DNA of 40,000 nucleotides, taken from sequence record MH651172.1; one strand, written 5' to 3'. Below, in pieces: positions 17,701 to 26,607 of this stretch. The translations under genes were made by a program, and so were the position numbers. How positions within the stretch are numbered: position 1 is the first letter of the stretch; the number at the start of each line of letters is the position of its first letter. Below the pieces are notes generated by a model that did no database searches, was not told where the DNA came from, and worked only from the letters and a program-made list of their open reading frames with translations. Source of the DNA: Streptomyces phage Comrade.

Positions 17701-20700
17701 CGCTCGTGACAACCTCAAGATGAATATCTCGTGGCTGAATTCTGGCGGTACGGAAATTGCTGTAACCTATAATGACATGGCACCACCTGTTGATGGTTCT
17801 GGTAACCCAATTCCAATTGATGGAACAACTTGGGTCCAGTTCTCTTCTCAGGGAGTTGCCCCTGTTGGTGCGGTTACTGCCAACTTTGAGTTGCAGACTG
17901 GTCAGGCTGGAGTTGCCACGACTGGAACCTTGGCCTGGTTTGATGATGTAACAATCACCACCCCTCCTAGAGTAAAGATTGGTCTTTTCGGATTCGACAA
18001 TTCAAGCAATATCATTGATTATGATTTTGTTGACCAGGCCACTACTCCTACCAAGATTCATGCAATGCCATCAGACTTGAGCTTGCTAGACGATTATGCG
18101 CCTAGCCAGTACATGATGGTCGCAAATGATGAGGAAGTTCAGATTGCTACTGGTTCATCATCTACTACTTCTGACTGGATTACTGTAACAGGTTATATCA
18201 AGGGTCGTGGTGGTTCTGGTGCTACTGGTAAGTTTGGTACTAATGCCCGAGCTGGAGACCCGTTCAATCCTGCTGCCTTTAACCAGGAAGTTCGATACAT
18301 GGTTCCTTATGTGGAATGGGATATTGCGGCGGGTTCTAAGGCTCAGCTTGACCAGTTCTCTATTGAAGCATTCGAGAATGGTGCCCCAGCAAAGGTAGAC
18401 ACTAATGGTGAAGCGGCTACCATGAAATCTGTTTCTATTGAGAATATCCAGGATGGTACAGAGTTTGACCATGCTTTGAGATTCTACAGTGGAGAAATTG
18501 ACGAAAAGCAGCCGGGCATGATTGGTCATATCACCGATGGTGAAATGAACGATGCTGGACATCTAAGAATTGTACCGCCGTTGCTTAACCGTCTATCCGA
18601 CTACAATTCAGGACCATACATTGGTATTTGGGACCAGAACCCTAACTACCTATATGATGCTTCATTCAAGAATGGCATTACTGGTTGGACTGGAATGGCT
18701 AACACAACAGTTTCTCACGAGACTTCTGTTGGTAGAGAGGATACAAACGCTCTTAAGATTACAGCAATTGGAACTATCTCCAATCCGGCTACAACCGAAT
18801 TGCTAGGAAAGTATTCAGTGTCTACTTTGGCTAATCAGGAATTGATTGGTCAGGTTGTTACCGTTTCCGGTTATGCAATGATGGGAACTGCTACTGGACG
18901 AAATGTTCGCTTGGTTGTTAAGTTCATGAATGAAGCCGGTTCTATGATTAACGGTTACTTCATTGAAAAGGCGGTAACAAATACTGCCTGGACTTACTAT
19001 GCCTTCTACACACCAATTCCTGTTCCAGATACTTGTTACAACATTGAATTCTCATTCTCGTGGTTCAATGGTGCTACTGGTGACATCGTTTATGTAGATG
19101 ACGTACAGCTTGAGGCTAACACTGACAAGACTGATTTCCGCTCTGCTTCTGCAAGTCGAATTGAGCTAAATGCGGAAGTTATCAGAAGTCGCGGTCCGAT
19201 TATCATTGGTGATACTGACTTCAGTCTACCAACGAATGTTATTGGTTCAACTGGTAAGCCAGACGTCGGTAGCTACCGAGGAATGATTGCTCAGTCTGAG
19301 TATGGAACTGCCGGTTGGAGAATGGTTGGTTACACAGACTCTAATGGCACTCGTGCGTCAAACAGCATGGCGTTCTTTGGTCCGGATGGTGACGAACAGT
19401 CTAAGGTTATTCTTTATGGTCTTAATGATGCATCGTTCCCTGGACAGGTTGCCATTACAAGTCCTAATGGTGCATTTACTCTGGTTACCCAGCCAGCACC
19501 AGATGGAGCTTATCCATATGATGTAAGAGTTTATGGCTCTCTAATCGTTGATGGACCTCTTCAGTGGCAGTCTTTGACTTCCAGTGCAGTTACGCCATTC
19601 GACTCCGGTCGTGCTCTTGGTGTGGCAAAGCAGAATGGCATGTTGATTTTCCGTGGTGCTGGTTCATGGTCTGGAACGGCGGGTTCTTCGGGAACTGTTA
19701 TTTTTACTCTTCCTGTTGGATATCGCCCTGCCTCTCCTCAGTACATGTGTGCTCTTATGTGGAATGGTAATTCATGGTCATCCGGTGTTGCTTTCCACGT
19801 CAAGACGAATGGTGAATGTATTCTTTGGTCTCCTCCTGAGGGTGCCGGTCTTGGAACTTCACTTTCAATTGAGGGTCTTCACTGTAACATGACAGCAATG
19901 ACAACTATCACTCCTCCGGGAACTGATACAACGGCTCCAGCAGTACCTACCGGATTCGCGATTTCTGCGGTATCCTCTGGAACATCTACTGGTTCTTACA
20001 AGTTGTCTTGGACTAACCCAAGCACATCTGACGTGAAGGGTGTCAAGATTATTTGGAGGTCTGACCGTTATCCGACTGTAACAATCGCGGGTTCTGGTAC
20101 AAAGACCTTGACAACTGATGGAACAGTCGTTACAGTTGCCGGTACAGCTTCACAGGCAAAGACATACACACACTCTGGTCTTCCAGTTAATAAGACCATT
20201 TACTACCGCGTGGTATCATACGATGCTGCCGGTAACCACTCAACGTATGTCAGTGCTTCTCGTTACCTACTTGCAAGCCCAATTACCATTAGCCCTTCTA
20301 GCTCCGGTTCTTACCGTCTAGGGTATGGTGGTATGTGGCGTAACGATGGTGACGAAGTTTACCAGGGTGACTGGACTGGAAACGACAACCACCGTGGTTT
20401 GTACTTCTACGGTAGCAACATCTACAGCAAGTTGTCAACGGGTGGTGTTGTTCGTACTCCAACCAAGGTGACAATTTACCTGAAGCGTCTAAATACTTCT
20501 CACGGTAACAATGCCGGGGTCGGTATTAATCTACGCGGACACCTTTACCAGAGCAAGCCTTCGGGTGACCCTGTGGGAGGTATGACTAACGAGGGAAGCG
20601 ATGGAGACGATATCGTATTCTTGAGTCGTGGTGAGGCAGCAACGGTAACCGTTCCTTCTTCATGGTACAATAACATTGTTGATGCAACAGCCGCAAACCG

Positions 20701-20809
20701 AATTGAAGGTTTTGGTGTATATGGTAGCACAACCTCTGACTACGCCGTACTGTTCGGCAAGAGCAGTGGTTCAAGTTACGGAAAGCTAACTATCTACCAC
20801 AACGGTTGA
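14774..20809 (+). CDS. large minor tail/adhesion protein with fibronectin type III and carbohydrate-binding-like domains
   Basis: 2011 aa; repeated FN3-like patterns (e.g. APTGVTVGAGVTTMTVYWNENAENDVKGGVGYYEIQLDTANTFNTANL), several jelly-roll-like modules ending in W/VYxDxxQLE-type strands, and a terminal FN3. Confidence 0.85.
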   Translation: MSRILLRDLEPGRLYHIQARATNGEQSSQWSQLWDLQTTSDIMPPAVPSALSWVVEGTAFKAVWTGPTTNQDGSDLRDFKDFQVKIYSPANPGVIATYYTTSARFDLPFELNVNALGTPRAQVVIEVRARDNTGNLSVAATATATNPAPANVTGFTATGITDAISLKWDANPDTDLKYYQVYQGTSAGAENTLVYTGLSNSFVFDTISTNPQYFKIFAVDVFNTQSATAATANATAKSSLAVDVNPPNAPTGVTVTSALDTSDPSGGRVYIDVSWTGVADTDLQNYSVRYSTGTTWEYINVPEGVTTARINGLRPNTNYNVAVAAVDYSGNSSSYTNAGTYPILTAKDTSAPVAPTGVTVGAGVTTMTVYWNENAENDVKGGVGYYEIQLDTANTFNTANLISKQTSGTITSFSNLTSNTAYYTRVRAVDASGNVGAYSSIVSGTPRYIANADIQAGTINGDRITAATINGDRVIANSLDANTIKANTTFSQNLTVGSTFTIGTSGIMKSANYVAGSAGWQLTNNTLEINQGTIRAAALQLQNGHNMLHPAYADFEFVKSWYTSNLITFNDGGVSTWAISDAVDVVGKYNSQCIKTSWTGVGTFSRVYLGPTFTTYNVQLEANTDYIFSGWVYVKTGAGAKTAALGIKLADATFPGPVGNTSIPATSTWTRIWGTFNSGTQTSAELYLSQYTSGDMYWDGLQLEKKVTADTTPSQWKPPGSTSIDGGIIRTGSIQSTASANGLGGQPAWSINMAGNAQLGDANIRGRLVVGDPSNPSADGANSRIHSANYSAGTTGWIIRNDGYAEFRQLAVNSIKVTAFDSPFQNAANAKLFDYMQDATLWLTYGAVTQKTDPGAYSAESLFEFTGPGVVLRNGTGVQRIAYDPTILYRISARIRAYDVATLNANSGFETNLTGWWNYASTTITRDTAKKFAGVASMAMAQAGSSVGVYGAGTTVSVKAGRTYTFSARVLPNTTVARDNLKMNISWLNSGGTEIAVTYNDMAPPVDGSGNPIPIDGTTWVQFSSQGVAPVGAVTANFELQTGQAGVATTGTLAWFDDVTITTPPRVKIGLFGFDNSSNIIDYDFVDQATTPTKIHAMPSDLSLLDDYAPSQYMMVANDEEVQIATGSSSTTSDWITVTGYIKGRGGSGATGKFGTNARAGDPFNPAAFNQEVRYMVPYVEWDIAAGSKAQLDQFSIEAFENGAPAKVDTNGEAATMKSVSIENIQDGTEFDHALRFYSGEIDEKQPGMIGHITDGEMNDAGHLRIVPPLLNRLSDYNSGPYIGIWDQNPNYLYDASFKNGITGWTGMANTTVSHETSVGREDTNALKITAIGTISNPATTELLGKYSVSTLANQELIGQVVTVSGYAMMGTATGRNVRLVVKFMNEAGSMINGYFIEKAVTNTAWTYYAFYTPIPVPDTCYNIEFSFSWFNGATGDIVYVDDVQLEANTDKTDFRSASASRIELNAEVIRSRGPIIIGDTDFSLPTNVIGSTGKPDVGSYRGMIAQSEYGTAGWRMVGYTDSNGTRASNSMAFFGPDGDEQSKVILYGLNDASFPGQVAITSPNGAFTLVTQPAPDGAYPYDVRVYGSLIVDGPLQWQSLTSSAVTPFDSGRALGVAKQNGMLIFRGAGSWSGTAGSSGTVIFTLPVGYRPASPQYMCALMWNGNSWSSGVAFHVKTNGECILWSPPEGAGLGTSLSIEGLHCNMTAMTTITPPGTDTTAPAVPTGFAISAVSSGTSTGSYKLSWTNPSTSDVKGVKIIWRSDRYPTVTIAGSGTKTLTTDGTVVTVAGTASQAKTYTHSGLPVNKTIYYRVVSYDAAGNHSTYVSASRYLLASPITISPSSSGSYRLGYGGMWRNDGDEVYQGDWTGNDNHRGLYFYGSNIYSKLSTGGVVRTPTKVTIYLKRLNTSHGNNAGVGINLRGHLYQSKPSGDPVGGMTNEGSDGDDIVFLSRGEAATVTVPSSWYNNIVDATAANRIEGFGVYGSTTSDYAVLFGKSSGSSYGKLTIYHNG

Positions 20810-20836
20810 CAACCCCTAGAGGGGTATGGTTATAAT
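20806..20836 (+). promoter_or_regulatory. Putative promoter containing an inverted repeat in the spacer
   Basis: TTGACA (20806-20811), 19-nt spacer, TATAAT (20831-20836); spacer contains ACCCC-TAGA-GGGGT (20812-20825). Confidence 0.55.
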
Positions 20837-20868
20837 AGAAACAAGATAAAGAAAGAAGAAGAGAATTT

Positions 20869-21117
20869 ATGAATGAAATGAAGAAGTTGCAACTAACTAA
20901 TACTGCTCTTAAGCAGAGTCTTGCTAATAAGGTAGCTAATTATGAAGATGAGCTAGCTAACATTAGGGCTGAGGCTTCCATCTTGCTTGAGGAGCAGGGT
21001 GAGAAGATTTCTGAGCTTGAGCAGACTGGCGCTGACAAGGATGCTAAGATTGAGAGTCTTGAGCAGCGTGTGCGTGAGCTTGAGGGAGAATCTGCGGATG
21101 TGGCCGTTTCGTCGTAA
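20869..21117 (+). CDS. small coiled-coil protein
   Basis: 82 aa with heptad-like L/I spacing (KQSLANKVANYEDELANIRAEASILLEEQGEKISELEQ); purine-rich RBS region. Confidence 0.7.
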   Translation: MNEMKKLQLTNTALKQSLANKVANYEDELANIRAEASILLEEQGEKISELEQTGADKDAKIESLEQRVRELEGESADVAVSS

Positions 21118-21502
21118 GCGAGAGCTTCCGGAGATTCCCACTGATAAGACGGATTACCCATATGGCCTCTTTATCGTAACTGAGGCCGGGTATTTCCTTA
21201 TCAGAAATGGTGAACGTCTTGGAGTAAAGACTACCAGGATGGCATGTAGTTGGCACTCACACATTTCTTTGTCGAGTGAGGCAGCCGTTGCCCATCTTCC
21301 TGTGACTGGCCATGTTGGATTCAGGGATGGTACACTGATTAGGAACCAGGCGGATAAGAGGGATTATCTGATTTCGCGGGGTTTGAAGAGACATATCGTT
21401 TCTCCGGATGTATATGAGAGATATGGTCTTGCAGAAGGAAACATCATTGTCGTCTCTGATGAAGAGGCTAATTTTCACAGTGATGGGGAGGTGTTGAGTT
21501 AA
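21098..21502 (+). CDS. hypothetical protein, likely virion or host-interaction associated
   Basis: ATG 21098 with GAGGGAGAA upstream; 134 aa MWPFRRKRELPEIPTDKTDYPYGLFIV..., more plausible than the start at 20987. Confidence 0.7.
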   Translation: MWPFRRKRELPEIPTDKTDYPYGLFIVTEAGYFLIRNGERLGVKTTRMACSWHSHISLSSEAAVAHLPVTGHVGFRDGTLIRNQADKRDYLISRGLKRHIVSPDVYERYGLAEGNIIVVSDEEANFHSDGEVLS

Positions 21503-21943
21503 TTGGCCGTTTCAGCATTTAAGGATGTTAATTGGGCTCCAAATGAATATCTAGCAACTGATAAGTTGAATACGATGGTCTCGAATACGAGATACCTCTT
21601 TGAGAGAGCACCGAAACTGTATTACAATTCTTATTCCATTAAGAAGGATACTGGAATTAAGATTGCATGTGGTACAGCAACAATTGCACCGAGTAAGGCG
21701 CATTACTATAAGAAGACCATCAATTTTGGAAGTTTCTTTACGTCAGGCTCTAAGCCAGTAATTGTTACTAGTGTTACTTCTCCGTATAACCGAAGGATTA
21801 TTCTTTCGCATTATGGAATTCAGGGAGAGGGATATGTTCCCGACCATCGTGGCTTTATCGTAGTAGGAGCAACTGCAACTTTGGAAAAGTCCCACTACTT
21901 GTCAAAGCAGATTTACATTAATTGGATTGCAATGGGATATTGA
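21503..21943 (+). CDS. hypothetical protein, probably tail associated
   Basis: 146 aa, TTG start directly after TAA 21500-21502. Confidence 0.65.
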   Translation: MAVSAFKDVNWAPNEYLATDKLNTMVSNTRYLFERAPKLYYNSYSIKKDTGIKIACGTATIAPSKAHYYKKTINFGSFFTSGSKPVIVTSVTSPYNRRIILSHYGIQGEGYVPDHRGFIVVGATATLEKSHYLSKQIYINWIAMGY

Positions 21944-21963
21944 TTTTGGAAGGAGGCGTGTCT

Positions 21964-22245
21964 ATGAAATATCTACCACTTGAAAAGTGGCATAGACGCG
22001 ACCGCCGCCTGAATCCGAACGGTTATGTTCTGGTTTGGGTGCCTGAGCACCCTAAGAGTTTTTCGGGCGGATGGTATTATGAACACAGACTTGCAGCAGA
22101 GAGGAGCATGGGTAGAATCCTTAAATCATGGGAAACTGTGCATCACATTTCTGGAGACAAGACAGATAATTCGTGGTACAATCTGTTCGTATGCACAAGA
22201 AAGGAGCATGACCGGGCTGACCGGTTGACACCAGCACTTGTGTAG
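21964..22245 (+). CDS. HNH endonuclease
   Basis: GGAGG then ATG 21964; YYEHRLAAERSMGRILKSWETVHHISGDKTDNSWYNLFVCTRKEHDR matches the HNH fold (VHHIxGDKxDNxxxNL). Confidence 0.85.
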   Translation: MKYLPLEKWHRRDRRLNPNGYVLVWVPEHPKSFSGGWYYEHRLAAERSMGRILKSWETVHHISGDKTDNSWYNLFVCTRKEHDRADRLTPALV

Positions 22246-22269
22246 TGTACAGTTAGCTTAGTTGTTCAA

Positions 22270-22302
22270 GAGAGCCGGGGGGATTCCTCGGCTCTCCCTT
22301 TT
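22270..22302 (+). terminator. Rho-independent terminator
   Basis: GAGAGCCG...CGGCTCTC 8-bp stem extendable inward, followed by CCTTTT. Confidence 0.75.
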
Positions 22303-22315
22303 GATGGGAGAATAT

Positions 22316-23131
22316 ATGAAGTGGGCTTTTATCAGTGACCTACAGATTCCGTATCACGATAAGAGAGCCGTAGACCTTTGGTTCAAGGCTATGAAGTGGT
22401 GGAAGCCAGATGCGATTGATATTCCTGGTGATATTGATGACCAGCTCGAATACAGTCGATTCTCGGATGGTACTACTGATGAATTCTTTAATAAACTAAA
22501 GAAGGAAAAGCAGCTTGAGGAAGAGTCTGACGCTGACTTTAGGGCCAGGGTATCGCCTCTGCCTTTTATTGCAGAGTATGCGAAGGAGGCTCGAAACTTT
22601 TATAGTCGGGTTAGAAACGACCACCCGAATGCAGATGTTCATGTTAGCCTAGGCAATCATGATATTAGGGTGATGAGTTATATGGACAAGAAGGCACCAG
22701 CCTATCTAGACCAGATTACTCCCAATATGCTTTGGGGTTTGGATGACCTTGGTTTCACATATAGAAATTATGAACTCCCTCCGCTTGAGCGATTTGGCGG
22801 GGTTTATGTTCATCACGGAAATACAACTACTACCACAGGTCTAGCAGTAAAGACGGACATTGAGAATTACAATATCTCTTTGGCCCGTGGACACGACCAT
22901 CGTGGTGGTGTAGTATATAAGTCATACCCAATGACAGGGACCACACTGGTTGGTCTAGGCACAGGTCATATGTGTGACCCTAGTGCATATGGATTGAAGT
23001 ACACAACCAATCCATCATGGGAACTTGGATTCGGAATTGGCCATGTAATTGATGGAGTTCCCAATCTGCAATTCATTCCCATCTCTCCGGACTACGTTTG
23101 CGTAGTTGACGGAAAGGTCTTCAAGGGGTAG
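22316..23131 (+). CDS. metallophosphoesterase
   Basis: ATG 22316 preceded by GGGAG; MKWAFISDLQIPYHD...IPGDIDDQLE...LGNHDIRV...VYVHHG...GHDHRGG: calcineurin-like phosphoesterase motifs (the first GD/GNHD/GHDH series). Confidence 0.85.
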   Translation: MKWAFISDLQIPYHDKRAVDLWFKAMKWWKPDAIDIPGDIDDQLEYSRFSDGTTDEFFNKLKKEKQLEEESDADFRARVSPLPFIAEYAKEARNFYSRVRNDHPNADVHVSLGNHDIRVMSYMDKKAPAYLDQITPNMLWGLDDLGFTYRNYELPPLERFGGVYVHHGNTTTTTGLAVKTDIENYNISLARGHDHRGGVVYKSYPMTGTTLVGLGTGHMCDPSAYGLKYTTNPSWELGFGIGHVIDGVPNLQFIPISPDYVCVVDGKVFKG

Positions 23132-23161
23132 TTGCCCTTAGAAGATGTGCTCTGCTATAAT
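23132..23161 (+). promoter_or_regulatory. Putative promoter upstream of the holin-like gene
   Basis: TTGCCC (23132-23137), 18-nt spacer, TATAAT (23156-23161). Confidence 0.5.
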
Positions 23162-23196
23162 GAGCATAGATGAAAAGTAAAGGAGGTATAACCTAT

Positions 23197-23541
23197 ATGG
23201 CTTATGCCAAGTCTCTACTAGCAGTTCTTGTTACCGTTATTACGGCTGTTGTTGCAGCGATGACTGACAGCGTTGTTTCCAATGTTGAATGGATTAACGT
23301 TGCTATCGCTGGTGCTGGTGCTGCTGCGGTATTTGCAGCCCCAAACGTTCCTGGTTCTCGTTACACGAAGGCGGTTCTTGCAATTATCACTGCTGTTCTA
23401 ACCTTCCTTGTAACTGTAATTACGGATGGCGTATCAACCGCTGAATGGCTTCAGGTTCTTGTTATTGCTGCCGGTGCCGTTGGCGTCTATGCAGTACCTA
23501 ACAAGCCTACGACCACGATTGGTCAGCCTGGTGTACTGTAA
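23197..23541 (+). CDS. holin-like membrane protein
   Basis: Very strong RBS AAAGGAGGT (23179-23187) and ATG 23197; 114 aa with several hydrophobic segments (LLAVLVTVITAVVAAM; NVAIAGAGAAAVFAA; AVLAIITAVLTFLVTVI; VLVIAAGAVGVYAV). Confidence 0.65.
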   Translation: MAYAKSLLAVLVTVITAVVAAMTDSVVSNVEWINVAIAGAGAAAVFAAPNVPGSRYTKAVLAIITAVLTFLVTVITDGVSTAEWLQVLVIAAGAVGVYAVPNKPTTTIGQPGVL

Positions 23542-23722
23542 TAAATGTACAGGTCGAGTAATGTTCGACCGCGTGTTTTCTGATAAAGGACACGTAGAAC
23601 TGTTTTGCATCATTTGCGGTAAGCGATGGATGCTTGATAAGACAAAGAATAGGTTTGCTGCATGGCTATGGAAGAAGGAACAAAGCCACGCCACAGCCGC
23701 AAGCGACGCAAGGCCCGTCTGA
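23531..23722 (+). CDS. small zinc-ribbon protein
   Basis: GTG 23531 overlapping the holin-like gene; MYCNKCTGRVMFDRVFSDKGHVELFCIICGKRWML with two CxxC pairs. Confidence 0.65.
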   Translation: MYCNKCTGRVMFDRVFSDKGHVELFCIICGKRWMLDKTKNRFAAWLWKKEQSHATAASDARPV

Positions 23723-24198
23723 GATACTTTTATCTCAACGGGGATTTGCACAAAGTCCTGAGTGTCACACGTGCTCAGGACTTTGCTATTTGCTGGAACT
23801 TTCGTGAAGGCAAGCGTGCTGGTTATATTTGGTCTGACCTTCGAAGAAACGCTGAACGTGCATTCAAGATGCAGGAAGTCAGTGCTATGATTGGAAGGCA
23901 TAGAGTAAATATTGAGCGTGATATTCTGGCGGGTAACATCAAGGCCCCTCAGAGAAGTTATACCCTAGACGGAAATAAAAGACCGCTTTACTACTTTTTC
24001 TCCGAAAAGGATGTACTTGATTTGCATGACTATCTACTGACTATCCATATTGGAAGACCCAGAAAGGATGGTAAGATTACTCCAGCAAACATGCCGTCTA
24101 AGACGGAATTGCGAGCAATGATGCGTCATGATATGGTAACTTACGTAAAAACAGAAGGCGGAGAGTTCGTTCCCGTCTGGAAGGAGCAAAGTTGGTAA
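23662..24198 (+). CDS. putative DNA-binding protein
   Basis: 178 aa; basic N-terminus and ...MQEVSAMIGRHRVNIERDILAGNIKAPQRSYTLDGNKRPLYYFFSEKDVL resembles a MerR/excise-type winged HTH. Confidence 0.6.
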   Translation: MAMEEGTKPRHSRKRRKARLRYFYLNGDLHKVLSVTRAQDFAICWNFREGKRAGYIWSDLRRNAERAFKMQEVSAMIGRHRVNIERDILAGNIKAPQRSYTLDGNKRPLYYFFSEKDVLDLHDYLLTIHIGRPRKDGKITPANMPSKTELRAMMRHDMVTYVKTEGGEFVPVWKEQSW

Positions 24199-24494
24199 AG
24201 GTTAAGCCTGTTACATATGAGCCTATCGCTGATGAACTCAACGGTAGCGTAGCCCTTTTGCAGGCGGCTTCCGCACTTGACGCTGCGGTCTATCTTGCTG
24301 TAGAGTCAAAGAACGTTGAAAAGTTGATGGATGCTGTTGCCATGTGGATTGGACTGGCAGAGCGTCTAGGCATTGAACTAGAAGACGATGCTTCAGAAGA
24401 ATCCGAGCCAGGAAAGCGGCGGGATTTCGGATTCACAAGCAATATGTCTAAGATTGATGAACCCATTAAGGAGGTACTTACAGAAGATGCATGA
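24192..24494 (+). CDS. hypothetical protein
   Basis: 100-aa ORF with short overlaps on both sides. Confidence 0.6.
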   Translation: MVKVKPVTYEPIADELNGSVALLQAASALDAAVYLAVESKNVEKLMDAVAMWIGLAERLGIELEDDASEESEPGKRRDFGFTSNMSKIDEPIKEVLTEDA

Positions 24495-24732
24495 AGTTGA
24501 GAGCACTGAGAAGACACCTACTCCTCACAAGGTTAAGGTGATGGTCGGTTATACTCGGAACATGGGTAACTTTGAGTCTCTTCGTCTAGACGTTGGTCTA
24601 GAGGTTGAGGGTTATGGTAACCCGAATCCTACGTTTGACAAGGCGTATGGTTGGGCTGAAGGAAGGCTGCTTGCTCACCTTGATGAGCTTGAGTCTGAAA
24701 TCAAGGGGATTAAGGAGAAGTACGAGGACTGA
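24487..24732 (+). CDS. hypothetical protein
   Basis: 81 aa from ATG 24487 (MHEVESTEKTPTPHKVKVMVGYTRNMGNFESLRLDVGLEVEG...), overlaps previous and next genes; long overlap makes the listed 24388 start unlikely. Confidence 0.7.
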   Translation: MHEVESTEKTPTPHKVKVMVGYTRNMGNFESLRLDVGLEVEGYGNPNPTFDKAYGWAEGRLLAHLDELESEIKGIKEKYED

Positions 24733-25076
24733 TGGCCGCAAAGAACACGCAAGCGCAAAATGCTAATGCTCTGATTACTCTTTATATCCAGTGTTTTACA
24801 GAGAAGTATTCACGAAAGCCTAACATTAACCGCTATCGTGTTAAGTGGGGCTTTCAGGATATGGTAGAAGACCTGGGGTATGGTCCGGCCAGAGAGGTAG
24901 TTGAATACTACTTCAAGACAGCGCGTCAGGGCCACCAGGTTGAATTTCTTCTAATGAATTACGAAAAGGTATTCGAATTCATGGAAGAGAAGAAGAAGGA
25001 CGAAGAAAAAAGGGCTGAGCTGCGAAGGCAGACTGAAGAGAGAGTAAAGGAGCTGGAGTCTAAGAATGACGGCTGA
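24732..25076 (+). CDS. hypothetical protein upstream of helicase (possible replication accessory)
   Basis: 114-aa ORF in the replication operon; C-terminal charged coiled coil. Confidence 0.6.
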   Translation: MAAKNTQAQNANALITLYIQCFTEKYSRKPNINRYRVKWGFQDMVEDLGYGPAREVVEYYFKTARQGHQVEFLLMNYEKVFEFMEEKKKDEEKRAELRRQTEERVKELESKNDG

Positions 25077-26283
25077 ACTTAAGGTAATTAACGCAGTCTG
25101 CAAGAACAAGGACATTGGTGTTCTATTCGCGGACAATGTAGACGAACTATTCGATGCATATGGTGATGTTTGGAAGAGCATCAAGTCTCATTATGAGAAG
25201 TACAAGTCTGTACCCGAGATTACAATTCTCCAGGAGCGTTTCGATGACCTGGAAATCATTGACACTAAGGGTGAGACGGAATACTACCTTGATGAGCTTA
25301 AGACCGATTATATGAATTCTCGGATTAAGCAGATTGTATCCAAGGCTGGAGCGGCTATCCAGTCGGGTGAGGCTCCCGGCCGCATTATCGATAAGACGAA
25401 CACTGCTCTGGCAAAGTTGGGGCGATTCGCAAATAACGTGCGTGACGTTGATGTCACAGATTTCGCGGCGGCTGAGCAGCATTTTCAGGCTGTCCGCGAC
25501 CGTAGTGCAGCAACGGGTAGTCCGGGTATTCCTACATCGTTCAAGTCTATTGACTCAGTGTATCCAACCGGTATGGCCCCTGGTCACCTTATCGTGGCTA
25601 TTGGTTGGCCGGGTAAGGGTAAGACTTGGTTCACTTCCTATCTCGCCTGTAAGGCATGGGAGCAGGGATTTAAGCCAATGATTGTCTCTCTGGAAATGTC
25701 TCCAGAGAATATGCGTGACCGAATTTACACCATGATGGGTTCTGGTCTCTTCCGAGCCTCCGACTTTGCCAAGGGAGATGTCAACATTGACGACTTCCAT
25801 GCTTGGGGAAAGCGAAGGTTTGATAACAAGGGTGGATTCGTGGTAGTATCAAATGAGGGTCTTAATGATGTGACCCCTAATACGGTTCAGGGTAAGATTG
25901 ACCAGCACAAGCCGGACCTGGTAATCTGTGATTACCACCAGCTATTCCAGTGCAATAGTAAGTCTAATAGCCCTACCGAGCGTGGTATGGCGGTTTCGCG
26001 AGAGTTTAAGATGCTCGCTGTTACCAATAATATCCCGCTGATTGATATTACGGCGGCTACTCAGTCTGACCTTTCCGACCGTGACTCTCCTCCGATGATG
26101 AGTCAGGTTGCTTGGTCCAAGGCTATCGAATATGATGCCGATATGGCTTTCGCTGTCCACCGTCATGAGGAATCTGACCTGGTGGAGATTGTATGCCGAA
26201 AGAATCGTCACGGTAGCATGTTCGACTTCTATCTTGACTGGGATATTGACCGTGGTGTCGTGAACGAGAAGTTTAATCTTTGA
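25066..26283 (+). CDS. DnaB-like replicative helicase
   Basis: Walker A region HLIVAIGWPGKGKTWFTSYLA, Walker B PDLVICDYHQLF; DnaB-like layout, adjacent to primase. Confidence 0.85.
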   Translation: MTAELKVINAVCKNKDIGVLFADNVDELFDAYGDVWKSIKSHYEKYKSVPEITILQERFDDLEIIDTKGETEYYLDELKTDYMNSRIKQIVSKAGAAIQSGEAPGRIIDKTNTALAKLGRFANNVRDVDVTDFAAAEQHFQAVRDRSAATGSPGIPTSFKSIDSVYPTGMAPGHLIVAIGWPGKGKTWFTSYLACKAWEQGFKPMIVSLEMSPENMRDRIYTMMGSGLFRASDFAKGDVNIDDFHAWGKRRFDNKGGFVVVSNEGLNDVTPNTVQGKIDQHKPDLVICDYHQLFQCNSKSNSPTERGMAVSREFKMLAVTNNIPLIDITAATQSDLSDRDSPPMMSQVAWSKAIEYDADMAFAVHRHEESDLVEIVCRKNRHGSMFDFYLDWDIDRGVVNEKFNL

Positions 26284-26286
26284 GAC

Positions 26287-26607
26287 ATGCACAAGACGAT
26301 TAAGAGATTCGGGCTTGAGGGCAAAATTGGCGACGATGCTGATTTTGCCCGGCTCCGTTCTCAATACGAGAGTATGATTGTTAAAGAAATGAGGGAGCTT
26401 GGTTATGTACCTGTACTAGACCTTGGTCCCTATTGGTCAACATCCTATATTCGAGAGGAATCTAGTTACGACTTTATCCTGTCGGTATATGGAATTTACG
26501 TCGGAAGGAGGCGTTCATGGGAGGTAGAGGGGATTTCGAATGGGACAGAACTAGGGAGACCTACACCCCCAACCAAGTCGAAGCCACAATCCGGGCCTGC
26601 GGAGTAG
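26287..26607 (+). CDS. hypothetical protein
   Basis: 106-aa ORF; 3' end overlaps the primase start in another frame. Confidence 0.55.
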   Translation: MHKTIKRFGLEGKIGDDADFARLRSQYESMIVKEMRELGYVPVLDLGPYWSTSYIREESSYDFILSVYGIYVGRRRSWEVEGISNGTELGRPTPPTKSKPQSGPAE

